A stretch of 64,000 nt of DNA. It comes from Anaerolineae bacterium (lineage in GTDB: Bacteria; Chloroflexota; Anaerolineae; Aggregatilineales; JAFGMM01). This document shows positions 27,755 to 36,986 of this stretch, piece by piece. The notes beneath the pieces are model-generated. The model saw only the letters and a program-made list of their open reading frames with translations, searched no databases and had not been told where the DNA came from. Positions within the stretch are counted from its first letter, which is position 1. Each line of letters begins with the position of its first letter. Where the stretch lies: NCBI GenBank assembly GCA_016927535.1, contig JAFGMM010000090.1, positions 118 to 64,117 of the forward strand, in the 5' to 3' direction. The position numbers and the translations under genes were made by a program.

Positions 27755-29297
27755 GCACCAGCAGCCGGATGCCGGCGTAATCGCCCCAAATGACCTCGGC
27801 TACCCAGCCGGTCTGCCCGCCGGCGCTGCGCACCTGCCACCAGGTGTAATAGTTCACCTGATCCTGCGCCGGCCCACCGGTGATATCCACGACCGCGCCC
27901 TCCGGCAGCTTGGTCACCACGTCGTAGTTTGTGCCGGCGCCGGCGCGCACGTTCACCGTATCGCCGCCCGTGCTGTTAATGGTCGCTCTACCGCCCACCG
28001 CCAGCAACACCGGCTCGACCTCTGGGAAGGCCGGCAGCGCGCCGGCCGGCTTGGCGGGTGTAGCCCATACCACCCCGACCGAATCCGCCTCCGTAAGCGG
28101 CATACGCCACACCAGGCGGCCACCCGGCGAATCGCCGGCGAAGTGGTAGAGTTCGAGCGCGTCCGGTTTCCATATCGATATCAGCGCGCCGCCGGAGACG
28201 CCCTGGATTGTATACATCCCCTCCGACTCGAAAGCGCCCAGCGCCTCGACCACACCGGCCCGGTCGAGCGCGTACAGCGCGTACTTTGTGTAGCTCGCCT
28301 CGTCCGACTTGACGAAAGCGATGCGCGCGCCGTCCTCGATCCAGGCGGCCCGGTGCGCCAGGCTCACCACCATCTCGTTATAGATCGTGAGGCTGCGCTG
28401 TGCGGTGGGGTCGTACACTTCGAGGACGTTGAACTCCATCATCGGCTGGCATTGGCAGGAGGTGTACGCATCGTCGTAAGAGACATAAGCGTGCTCGCCG
28501 GTGACGCGCAGCCGCGCGCCGCCCAGGTAGCCGCCGGTGCCGCCGCGATAGACCGCGCCGGTGTCGAACACCCACACGAAGCTATCGCCGCCGAAGGCTT
28601 CGGTGCCCCACGGCAGCAAGCCAAATTCGAGCCAGCCGGCGGCCAGGTATACGCCTATCGGGAGAAAGCGCTGGCCGGGGTCGATCTCGTAGTTCTGCGC
28701 CATAGCCGGGGTCTGCGACGACATAGAATAGGTGATTGTGTTGCCGGACAGCGACCAGACGAAGAAATCGAAGCCGGCCGGCATCTGCCCCGCTTGAAAG
28801 TACGAGACACCGAAGGCTGCCGCGTCGCCCTGGTCGCTCACATCGACCGAGATATTATAGGTGTTGATTTCAGCGCCGGGCGGCGCGGCGACCTCCGCTA
28901 CGTACACCGCGCCGGCCGGGACATCGTACACGTGCAGGCTGAGCACGGCGGAGCCGGGGCTGAGAAACCCGTAGACGAGCTGCATCCCCGAATCGGAGAC
29001 CGCCAGCAGCTTATCGAGCGGCGCATCCTGCGCGACCTGAGTCGGCAGAGCGACTTCCGTTTGCCGGCCGTCGCTGGCAATATACAGCGCAGCCGGCGCT
29101 TGGCCCTCCGTGACTTTCGAGACCCAGACGTTCCAATCTGTCTTGAAGGCCGAGAGGTCGCGCGCTTCGACCTCAAACGTATAGGTGCGTGTCACCGCGC
29201 CGACGGTTTGCGTAGGCGGGCTGCTTGCGCGCGCCGGCGTCGCCAGGACCGGCGCGCCGAGCGCGAGAATCAAAAACAACAGGGCGGCTTTTTTCAT
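27744..29297 (-). CDS. Secreted protein with beta-rich (propeller-like) region and C-terminal SH3b domain
   Basis: Signal peptide MKKAALLFLILALGAPVLATPARA; VNVRAGAGTNY...WWQVR...GWVAE. Confidence 0.85.
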   Translation of the reverse strand: MKKAALLFLILALGAPVLATPARASSPPTQTVGAVTRTYTFEVEARDLSAFKTDWNVWVSKVTEGQAPAALYIASDGRQTEVALPTQVAQDAPLDKLLAVSDSGMQLVYGFLSPGSAVLSLHVYDVPAGAVYVAEVAAPPGAEINTYNISVDVSDQGDAAAFGVSYFQAGQMPAGFDFFVWSLSGNTITYSMSSQTPAMAQNYEIDPGQRFLPIGVYLAAGWLEFGLLPWGTEAFGGDSFVWVFDTGAVYRGGTGGYLGGARLRVTGEHAYVSYDDAYTSCQCQPMMEFNVLEVYDPTAQRSLTIYNEMVVSLAHRAAWIEDGARIAFVKSDEASYTKYALYALDRAGVVEALGAFESEGMYTIQGVSGGALISIWKPDALELYHFAGDSPGGRLVWRMPLTEADSVGVVWATPAKPAGALPAFPEVEPVLLAVGGRATINSTGGDTVNVRAGAGTNYDVVTKLPEGAVVDITGGPAQDQVNYYTWWQVRSAGGQTGWVAEVIWGDYAGIRLLVPTP

Positions 29298-29341
29298 CGG
29301 CGTTTCCTCATGTGAAGCGAGTAACGTAGTGTAGATTGTAC
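29231..29341. repeat. Direct repeat copy 1 (signal-peptide codons plus upstream region)
   Basis: 111 bp matching 30647-30757 with about 5 mismatches by eye. Confidence 0.95.
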
Positions 29342-29399
29342 GCTATAACTAATCATTGGTAATTTCTACTCCTTATCAGTAAGAGTATGTGCCGACCAT

Positions 29400-30713
29400 T
29401 CACTCCGATGTCCAACTCAATATGCCATAAACACCATCATCAAGAACGGCCATGTCTCCGGTGTTGATATCGAACAAGGTGAGATTCCGTTCCATCGGAT
29501 CGTTTATGAAAGCAATTGTTTGGCTATCTGGCGACCACCATAGAATATCGAGGTCAGCACGCAACTTCAGCACCTCTTCTACTATGCGGAGGGCGCCTGT
29601 TTCCCGATTGAAAACTACTAATACTCTTTCGAGTGTCTCATGAAGTTCAGGAGGTGGCGGGACTGTAAAGAAAGCAAATTTCTGCTCATCAGGAGACCAG
29701 CTTATCCCTGCGTGATCTATGTAGAAAGTGGAACTCTCGACGTTTACAACCAACGATTCCCAGTATTGGTCGGTGTCCACGTCGTAGACTCGTATAGAGA
29801 AAGGGTCGGTATCTGCTTCATAAGCCAAATACCGACCCGATGGCGATAGTCCTACTTTATATGCCCCTTCAGATACACATGAAGGGATGAAGTAGCTGTC
29901 CCGCGCAAAATCTGGCGCATCTTCCAATATCTCAAGGGTCTTTTGATTGGTTAGATCATATATGACCGCCTCAGTCACGTCAGAACAAAACTGGTCACAC
30001 TCAGGCGGCATCTGCATACTGCCTGTGATTTGCCTACCTGTGCAACGCGCATATAGGAAAATGTTCCGGTTAGGAAAGTGGAGATAGTAATCGCCAGGTA
30101 CGAAGTTGGGCAATTGCGCTGTGATCTCATCACATGTGAATCCTTTAATTGTTGTGTCGGGCATACTGGGTGAGCCGCCATACGCATATCCCCGGCAATC
30201 CCATCTTGTTCCTCCTCGCACTGCTATTCTCGTAATCGGTCCTACGATTTTTCCGCTGTCGACATCTAATGTAAAATAAGTATCATTATAAAATATAGAA
30301 TGTTCTGTTTCATCATACGTACTATGTATGTATATATATATAGTATCAGCATCATCCCAGAAGAACCAGCATGGCGATGTCCATCTTTCGTCCCAGGGCA
30401 CTTCAAGAACCTTGTCGCCACTTTCAAGTCGATAAACTGATAATGTTTGCGGATTGTTATCTATTGAAACTGCTATGTATTCTAAGTTTTCAGACAATGA
30501 GATACATCTGCTTTGTGCTTTTGTCAACTCAAAAACATATTTAGTATTTGAAGTAAGAGTAACAATTTGCTCTTGACCATCTGCTGATAATTTACCATAG
30601 TAAATTATCTTTCCTGTAATCATATTATTTTCAACGCCGACAGATTGCGCCGGCGTCGTCAAAACCGGCGCGCCGAGCGCGAGAATCAAAAACAACAGGG
30701 CGGCTTTTTTCAT
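29400..30713 (-). CDS. AT-rich secreted TolB/WD40-like beta-propeller protein
   Basis: Signal peptide nearly identical to that of 27744..29297; LSPSGRYLAY, WSPDEQKFAF, WSPDSQTIAF repeats. Confidence 0.85.
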   Translation of the reverse strand: MKKAALLFLILALGAPVLTTPAQSVGVENNMITGKIIYYGKLSADGQEQIVTLTSNTKYVFELTKAQSRCISLSENLEYIAVSIDNNPQTLSVYRLESGDKVLEVPWDERWTSPCWFFWDDADTIYIYIHSTYDETEHSIFYNDTYFTLDVDSGKIVGPITRIAVRGGTRWDCRGYAYGGSPSMPDTTIKGFTCDEITAQLPNFVPGDYYLHFPNRNIFLYARCTGRQITGSMQMPPECDQFCSDVTEAVIYDLTNQKTLEILEDAPDFARDSYFIPSCVSEGAYKVGLSPSGRYLAYEADTDPFSIRVYDVDTDQYWESLVVNVESSTFYIDHAGISWSPDEQKFAFFTVPPPPELHETLERVLVVFNRETGALRIVEEVLKLRADLDILWWSPDSQTIAFINDPMERNLTLFDINTGDMAVLDDGVYGILSWTSE

Positions 30714-30757
30714 CGGCGTTTCCTCATGTGAAGCGAGTAACGTAGTGCGGATTGTAC
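30647..30757. repeat. Direct repeat copy 2
   Basis: Matches 29231-29341 at an offset of 1416 bp. Confidence 0.95.
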
Positions 30758-30785
30758 TCTACTCTATAATTATAACTCTAATAGA

Positions 30786-32309
30786 TTACTCGCTTAGCGG
30801 CACGAGCAGCCGGATACAGTACGCATCGCGCAGCATCTCCGCCGCCCACCCGGCGACGCCCTCCGCCGTGCGCACCTCCCACCACGCCAGCCCGTCCGCC
30901 GGCGCGGGACCGCCTGTGATCTCGACCACTGTACCTTCGTCCAGCGCAGCGACCCACGGCCTGGCCGTGCCCGGCGCGCTGCGCAGATTCACCGGGTCGC
31001 CGGCCGTGCTGTTGATCGTTGCCCTGCCGCCGACCGCCAGGCGCGCCGGCGATGCTGCAATGAAGGGCGGCAGGCTGCCGGTCGGGGTGAGCGGCGTCGT
31101 CCAGACCATGCGCGCCGTGTCCGGCCCGGTCCAGATGGTGCGCGGCGCGCCGGGCGTGTCGCCCTCTCCGCTCGCGTAATGCCGCACTTCGAGCGCGCCG
31201 CCGCCGCGCACGCCCAACAGCAGCCCGTCCGGGAGGCCGCGCGCCGTGTACTCGCCGGCCAGCCAGCCGGCGTAAGGCAGCGCCGCCACTTCCTCGACCG
31301 CACCCAACCGGCTGCGCGCCAGCAGCCGCATCACCGCGTACTCGTCGTCCGGCGTCGGGATGACCAGTCGCGCGCCGTTATCGATCCAGAACATTTCGTT
31401 CGTCACGTAGGTCATCATCTCGTTGTAGACGACCACACGGTCGGGGCGGGCGTTGGGGTTAAAGACTTCAACGAGGTTGGGGCGCGGCTCGCCGTCGCCG
31501 GTCCAGCACGCCGGGTAAGCGTCCGAGAAAGTAACGTAAGCGTGCAGTTCGCTCGCCTCCAGCGCGACGCCGGGCCAGCCCGCCGTACCGCCAAACGCCA
31601 CCGCGCCGGCTCCGGGATCCCAGACCAAGCTGGCGGCTCCGCCCGCCGGGTTGGCGCCCTGCTGCATCAAGCCGAATTCGACGTTAGTCTCGCGCATGTA
31701 GAAGTTCACCAGCGCGTAGTACGGCGTGCTCAGGTCCAGGCGCGCGCGCAGCGGCGGGCTGTCGGCGTTGAGGGTCGAGACGATCCTGCCGGGGAGCTGC
31801 CACACAAAGAATTCCCAATACCAGTCGGCGAAGCCGGGATCGGCGTCCTCGTAGGTCAGTGCAAAGGCCAGCGCCGTGCCCGACGCCGAGAAATCGGCGA
31901 ACGCGCGGCCCAGCGCGACGCCGGCGGGCGGCTCGATAGCGACAACATCCACCTGACCGCTGGGCACGGCGTAAGCGTGCACGCTCACGCGCCGGCGCGC
32001 CGCATCGACCACGGTGTAGTAAAGCTGTAAGCCGGTATCGCCGGCCCCGACAAGCTCGACCGCGCCGGTCTCCTGAGCCGGCAACGTGAGCGTAATCCGG
32101 CGGTCGTCGTCGCCGATAAAGGTCACGCCGTTAGCGCCGTCGAAAATCCAGACGTTCCAAGCGGTGAGGTAATCGCGCAGTTCGACCGGATCGACCTGAA
32201 AAGAATACCGGGCGGCTACCGTCCCGACCGTGGTCTGGGCGGCGGCCGGCGAACCCATTGCGCTGGTTACTACGACTAAAATCACACACCATAATACCAA
32301 GCGTCTCAT
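30786..32309 (-). CDS. Secreted SH3b-domain protein, paralogue of 27744..29297
   Basis: Shared TVG.V...Y.F.V, WNVW, YNEM, WID/E.GAR, LAVGGRATINST.GD.VN.R and IRLLVP. Start set at MRRLVLW. Confidence 0.85.
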   Translation of the reverse strand: MRRLVLWCVILVVVTSAMGSPAAAQTTVGTVAARYSFQVDPVELRDYLTAWNVWIFDGANGVTFIGDDDRRITLTLPAQETGAVELVGAGDTGLQLYYTVVDAARRRVSVHAYAVPSGQVDVVAIEPPAGVALGRAFADFSASGTALAFALTYEDADPGFADWYWEFFVWQLPGRIVSTLNADSPPLRARLDLSTPYYALVNFYMRETNVEFGLMQQGANPAGGAASLVWDPGAGAVAFGGTAGWPGVALEASELHAYVTFSDAYPACWTGDGEPRPNLVEVFNPNARPDRVVVYNEMMTYVTNEMFWIDNGARLVIPTPDDEYAVMRLLARSRLGAVEEVAALPYAGWLAGEYTARGLPDGLLLGVRGGGALEVRHYASGEGDTPGAPRTIWTGPDTARMVWTTPLTPTGSLPPFIAASPARLAVGGRATINSTAGDPVNLRSAPGTARPWVAALDEGTVVEITGGPAPADGLAWWEVRTAEGVAGWAAEMLRDAYCIRLLVPLSE

Positions 32310-32576
32310 TGCGCGGCACCTTGCTGTCTTTCTATAAACCCTTTGCACATTGTAGCCGATCTATATGAGGAAGGAGAATTGGCCGTGAGCATGCTGGGTC
32401 CGGTTGGACTCCGACCGATTATTAAAAGGGTGTCTAGTTATCGGCGAGATTGTTTGCAATCTAGAGTCTTTATGGTAGATTTTACGCGGATGTCGTGTAG
32501 AGGTTATGTAGAGGAAATGTTTAAGCTCAGCATTTTGCCGTTCAGAGGCCCACAACTGCGATGGGAGGTGCCTCGC

Positions 32577-32972
32577 GTGGATGACCGACCTCTTTTGTTC
32601 ATAACTCATGACCGCGTTTTATGTACACTGGTGAAAGCTATTCTTAAACCACGTCCAATCGACCGTGTAGAAACGCCAACTCAGGCTCTATCTAAATTGG
32701 AAGAAAAATCCTACGCACTTATTCTAGTCGATGTGTACGCCCTCGATTTTCTGGAGTCAGAGCCGTTCCGGGCGCTGTGCTGTCGTCCGGCGCTGTCGCC
32801 CGTGGTGATTATTACAGCAGATACCCGCCCGATTCTGCGCGCTAAGCTGTGCGAGCGGTCTACGGTCGATATCATCTACAAGCCTTTCATGCCTGGCACG
32901 CTTCGCAGAGCCGTAAGAGACGCTCTAGAGGCGTCGTCTGCTCCGATGTCGCCATCATTTTTTACTGCCTAG
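32577..32972 (+). CDS. Atypical single-domain response regulator receiver
   Basis: LILVD, VVIITA and KPF motifs; GTG start after GGAGGT RBS. Confidence 0.65.
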   Translation: MDDRPLLFITHDRVLCTLVKAILKPRPIDRVETPTQALSKLEEKSYALILVDVYALDFLESEPFRALCCRPALSPVVIITADTRPILRAKLCERSTVDIIYKPFMPGTLRRAVRDALEASSAPMSPSFFTA

Positions 32973-33806
32973 CGAGGCGCGCAGCGCGCCCCGGCGGGCA
33001 AAGCGCCCGGCTAGACGGCCCGGCCAGCGCCACAGCGCGACCAGTGCAACGGTCAGCAGCAACGGACCGAACGGATTGACGATCAATCCAAACCAAAAAG
33101 TGACATTGTGCAGGTTTTGGGCTTCGGGCAGCGGTTCACAGCCCTTTTGGAGCAAAAACGCTTGTGATTGAGTCAGCAGCAAGAAGGCCAGCACAAGAGC
33201 AGCCAAGCTTCCACCCAGCACCCAGGCTTTGTCGACCGGGTTCTTCGCCAGCTTGAACAAGTTGTACGCGCCGAAAATGCTCCCGGCAGCGCTGATGAAG
33301 CCAACGACTGCCGTTGTGATGAGAACGACAGCACGGACGCCGGCCGGAAGGGTGTTGATAACAACCTGCGCGCCGCTACGCGGCGCGGCCACACCGCACC
33401 CATGCGGCGTGACGGCGAAGCTGGTCACCGGCGCATCGATGAGATGCAGCAGCGTAAATGTGGTGAGCTTGGCTTGGCTGTCCGGCGTAAACAGATCGTC
33501 CTGGTGAACGCCGGCTTCCAGGCCGGCAGCGCTGACCGCCGCCGGCCCGACCTCCAGACGGGTGAACCAGGGCCACACCGGGACCATCAAGAACATCAGA
33601 CCGCATATCACATAAATAACGCGCCCGTTCGGCGGGCCGACAAAGGTCTGCCAGGCTGCCGCGCCGAGAATCAGGCCCTGCCCCAACAGCACCAGGTTCC
33701 ATGACCAAGAGTTGTCGGTGGTTTGAGTGAGGATACGAATAATCTCGACCGGCACAAACAATAGAAAGCCGAGCTTGGCGGTGTTGGCAAGCGTTACCTT
33801 AGGCAT
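32955..33806 (-). CDS. Hypothetical multi-pass membrane protein
   Basis: About 6 hydrophobic segments around a soluble loop; RBS GAGGAG. Confidence 0.7.
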   Translation of the reverse strand: MPKVTLANTAKLGFLLFVPVEIIRILTQTTDNSWSWNLVLLGQGLILGAAAWQTFVGPPNGRVIYVICGLMFLMVPVWPWFTRLEVGPAAVSAAGLEAGVHQDDLFTPDSQAKLTTFTLLHLIDAPVTSFAVTPHGCGVAAPRSGAQVVINTLPAGVRAVVLITTAVVGFISAAGSIFGAYNLFKLAKNPVDKAWVLGGSLAALVLAFLLLTQSQAFLLQKGCEPLPEAQNLHNVTFWFGLIVNPFGPLLLTVALVALWRWPGRLAGRFARRGALRASLGSKK

Positions 33807-33860
33807 TGGCGCCTCGCTTTCTCCTCGTCCCCGCGTAGCATCGAAACATATGGCGCAAAC

Positions 33861-33897
33861 AAAAAGGAAGGGACCTCGCCGGTTGGTGAGGTCCTTC
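33861..33897 (-). terminator. Intrinsic terminator of tmRNA
   Basis: Minus strand GAAGGACCTCACC-aacc-GGCGAGGTCCCTTC followed by CTTTTT. Confidence 0.85.
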
Positions 33898-33900
33898 TGA

Positions 33901-34294
33901 GGTGGAGATGCCGGGAATCGAACCCGGGTCCGAAGAATTCGATGACGCGCATCTACAAGCTTAGTCGCGCTACTTGGATTTCGCGCCGGACAGCCCCGCG
34001 CAACCGGGTCATGTCCGCGCTAGCCGATAAGGTCTTTGACCCGCCTTATCAGCGTCGGCAGGTCGCACGCAGTCTTTTATGACGCCCGCTTGGCCGCCGG
34101 GCTGCGACGGCGGCGGCGGACGGATCACCGCATTTTGGGTGATCTACTCGGCATCAGCCGCGATTATGCGGCGAGCGCGAGCTTGGGTTGTGCATGGTTC
34201 GCACTTGCTTTTTCGGCCCTGGATTAACGAGGGCAAGAGCCATCCTCGGCTTGCAACACGGCACCCGCCTTCCCCGTCGAAGCCTGTCATCCCC
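33901..34294 (-). ncRNA. ssrA: tmRNA; tag peptide (A)ANHAQPKLALAA at 34202-34164
   Basis: 5' GGGGATGACAGGCTTCGAC, 3' GACCCGGGTTCGATTCCCGGCATCTCCACC, G3-U70 pair, tag ORF ending ALAA-stop. Confidence 0.97.
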
Positions 34295-34307
34295 GTGCGT
34301 TGCGCCC

Positions 34308-34316
34308 AGTATACCA
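34308..34316 (-). promoter_or_regulatory. Extended -10 promoter of ssrA
   Basis: TGgTATACT on the minus strand, 13 nt upstream of the mature 5' end. Confidence 0.6.
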
Positions 34317-34438
34317 CAATTCCGCCGACTATAGAAGGGCGTAGATCGAATCTGAGATATCTCTAATGGCATAACTTGCGCTATACTTGTACTAAACTTG
34401 CGGCTTTATTTAGATTTTTTAGGTTTTGGCGGTAGATT

Positions 34439-36865
34439 ATGGCAAACCACGACCCTTACACCGCGGCTTCGATCAAGACGGCAAACGACCTGCGAAGCAT
34501 TGCAATGCGCGAGAAGCTCCGCGATCTGTCGAGTCTATCGCTGCCCGAAATTGAAAGCGTCGTGAATCGCATCGGCCAGTTGGTGCCGGCGGGCAATGTA
34601 CCGGCCATGATCTTTAGTGGCCTCGCCCGGCTGACCGAGCGCAAGCCCCCGGCTGACGCGGCCCGTAACAACGTCGCGCTGCTGTTCAAAGGCGTCGAAC
34701 AGATGCTCGACAAGGCTGCGTACATGGCGTTCTTTGCCGGCCCTGCCGCCGTGATTTGGGCATACCAGGGTTTACTCAAGATGTCGGGCAGGAATCCGGA
34801 TGACTCGTTCCCGGAGGGCACCTGGCAGTTTTACGTGGATTATGCGCTGCGCGAGGATACCGCCCGCCACGCCAACGAGACTCATGGCTTCGACACGACG
34901 CTGGCCGACCACGGGATCAAGCTGGGTATCGTGGACCGCATCACCGCGTGGGTGATGGCGGCGATCCACTGCCTGGAGCAGTATGACGCCTTGCTGGCAA
35001 ATGAGTGGTACGAGCGCGTGGCGACCTATGCGCTGGCCGAAGCGACCCGCAATATGCCTAACGCGGCGCGCTATGCCCAGGTCTACCGCGATTGGGAGCG
35101 CGTGCGCCCCTATACGCGCGATTCGGACACCAACCCCGGCGAATCCTATCCCACTTACCGCCGCCACAAGTTCGAACGCTTTCTCCGCAAGGTGATGCGC
35201 GACCTGCCGGAGACGGTCCGGTGGGACTGGCAAGGGCGCATGGATGCGCTCGACGCCGGCGTGCTCTCGGATTACCAGCGCCAAATGTCGATCCTGGCCT
35301 ACCTGGAGCCTGGCTCTTACGGTGAGGCGCGCACGCCTCTCGCGCTGCAAGATGCGTGCATCGGCGTAATCTACAAAGAACATTACTATTTGATCCCGGT
35401 ATGCCGGCCCGGCCGGCCGCAGCCGGCCCATGTCAGCACGGTGCGCGGGCAGGTCGCAGGGTTCATCGAGGCGCCGTCGGACGCGCCGCCCGCCGAACTG
35501 GCGCGGCTGGCCGGCGTCAGACGTGCAGCGCTGGCGGAACTGCGCCATAAGTTCGGCCCGGATTTGCTCGAAGCGCTCAACACCCTGCGCCGTGCGCCGA
35601 TTCTGATCAACTTCGATGCACCCTCCCACGACCGCCCGCTCTCCGAAATCCGGCAGGCCGAGCGCGGCGTCGGCGACCACCCGCTGACGATCTTCGACGC
35701 CGGCCGGACGTTCGTGTTCGACCAGTCGCATATCTTCTTCGATGGCGCGTGGGGCGCAGCGCTGGCCGAGATGACGACCAACGAAGCGATAGCCTGGGCA
35801 GTGTACCTGTACGGCCAGCCGCGCGCCATGCCCGGCCCGATTCGCCTGGGGGCGCTGTCGTGTGCATTTATTCCAGAAGAGCGCGCCCTGGTCGAGGCAG
35901 CGCCGTGCACGACGCCGGAAGTGTGCGTCGAAAACGATGGCGTTGATCTCGAAGGCATCGACAAGACGCGCGCGCGCTTACGGCAGCGCAGCCAGGAATT
36001 CAAACTGACCGTCAACGACCTGTTGGTGCTCTACCGGGCCGTCCACAACCTCACCTATCGCGCCGACCCGGACCTGGCGGCGGCGCTGCGGGCGCTGGCC
36101 GATCAGCCGGGCGCGGTCCGGGCGGCGGCGCTGGCAGCGCTGACCCCACTGGAAGGGACCCGGCTGCTCAACCCGGCGATTCTGCTCCCGATTGACGCCA
36201 GCCGCCGCAACCCGCGCGACCGCGTCTACCCGATGTGCTTTGAGATCCCGCTCGCCGAGTTGGATATCGTGGATTTGCACCGGCGCACGGTCCATGCTCT
36301 GAAGGCGCACCAGGAACACCCCGACGACTCGTCGATTTACGAGGTGTTTTACGATCTGCGCGGCGAGTATCTGAGCGCGTTGGCCGGCTTCGGCAGGGTG
36401 TTCAGCCAGGCCAAAGCCGTCGCCGTCCAGGGCGAGACCGCCAGCATCGGCACCATCAAACTGCTGGCGAACATGCCCAGGCCGCTGCAACAAATGTTGG
36501 CGAAGATACCCGACCGCTTCGAGGCGCTCAACGATATCATCAAAGGGCGAGAGGTGTTCTCGAACGTCGGGGCAGTCGTCCCTAGCAGCACGCTTAGCCG
36601 TTTTACCACGGCGAAAGACGACAACGAAAAGAAAGCCCTGGCTTGGGGGGTTCTCACCGACGCCGAGGGCACAATGCATATCACCCTACGCGACTTTCGT
36701 CCGCACGTGGCCTTGCTCATCAGGGCCGGGCGGGTCGATCTTGCCAAGCGCATCGCTCAAGATTACCTCGATGCCTACGTGAACGGGTTGAATGCCTTTA
36801 CGCGACAGGTGCGCTTGATCGCCGAGACGCGCCGCAGTCACGAGGTGATCGCCCTTGCCGATTAA
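34439..36865 (+). CDS. Divergent CoA-dependent acyltransferase-fold protein (condensation / carnitine acyltransferase / WS-DGAT superfamily)
   Basis: HIFFDG (HxxxDG), IGVIYKEHYYLIPV, KLTVNDLL, LLPIDASRR, FSNVG, GVLTDAEGTMHITL in the expected order. Confidence 0.6.
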   Translation: MANHDPYTAASIKTANDLRSIAMREKLRDLSSLSLPEIESVVNRIGQLVPAGNVPAMIFSGLARLTERKPPADAARNNVALLFKGVEQMLDKAAYMAFFAGPAAVIWAYQGLLKMSGRNPDDSFPEGTWQFYVDYALREDTARHANETHGFDTTLADHGIKLGIVDRITAWVMAAIHCLEQYDALLANEWYERVATYALAEATRNMPNAARYAQVYRDWERVRPYTRDSDTNPGESYPTYRRHKFERFLRKVMRDLPETVRWDWQGRMDALDAGVLSDYQRQMSILAYLEPGSYGEARTPLALQDACIGVIYKEHYYLIPVCRPGRPQPAHVSTVRGQVAGFIEAPSDAPPAELARLAGVRRAALAELRHKFGPDLLEALNTLRRAPILINFDAPSHDRPLSEIRQAERGVGDHPLTIFDAGRTFVFDQSHIFFDGAWGAALAEMTTNEAIAWAVYLYGQPRAMPGPIRLGALSCAFIPEERALVEAAPCTTPEVCVENDGVDLEGIDKTRARLRQRSQEFKLTVNDLLVLYRAVHNLTYRADPDLAAALRALADQPGAVRAAALAALTPLEGTRLLNPAILLPIDASRRNPRDRVYPMCFEIPLAELDIVDLHRRTVHALKAHQEHPDDSSIYEVFYDLRGEYLSALAGFGRVFSQAKAVAVQGETASIGTIKLLANMPRPLQQMLAKIPDRFEALNDIIKGREVFSNVGAVVPSSTLSRFTTAKDDNEKKALAWGVLTDAEGTMHITLRDFRPHVALLIRAGRVDLAKRIAQDYLDAYVNGLNAFTRQVRLIAETRRSHEVIALAD

Positions 36866-36866
36866 C

Positions 36867-36976
36867 GCACGAGACGTTAACCTATGCGAGCCTGAGTCTT
36901 TTGGGATTCGCGCGGTCGCCGGGCGAACCCGTGGATTCCGGGGAGACTAAGCGCGTTGCTAAGGCTTAAGACGTGC
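36867..36976 (+). other. Predicted rod-like structured intergenic RNA
   Basis: Nested pairings GCACG/CGTGC, TTAA/TTAA, CCT/AGG, AGTCTTTT/GGGAGACT, and inner hairpin 36903-36930. Confidence 0.4.
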
Positions 36977-36986
36977 AGGCGCAGTC

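Noticed and set aside
27744-33900. Integrative island at the ssrA 3' end
   Set aside because: No integrase and no duplicated ssrA 3' end was seen by eye, and the native terminator directly follows ssrA.
33901-33932. tRNA-like T-arm and acceptor end
   Set aside because: It is the 3' tRNA-like domain of tmRNA, not a separate tRNA.
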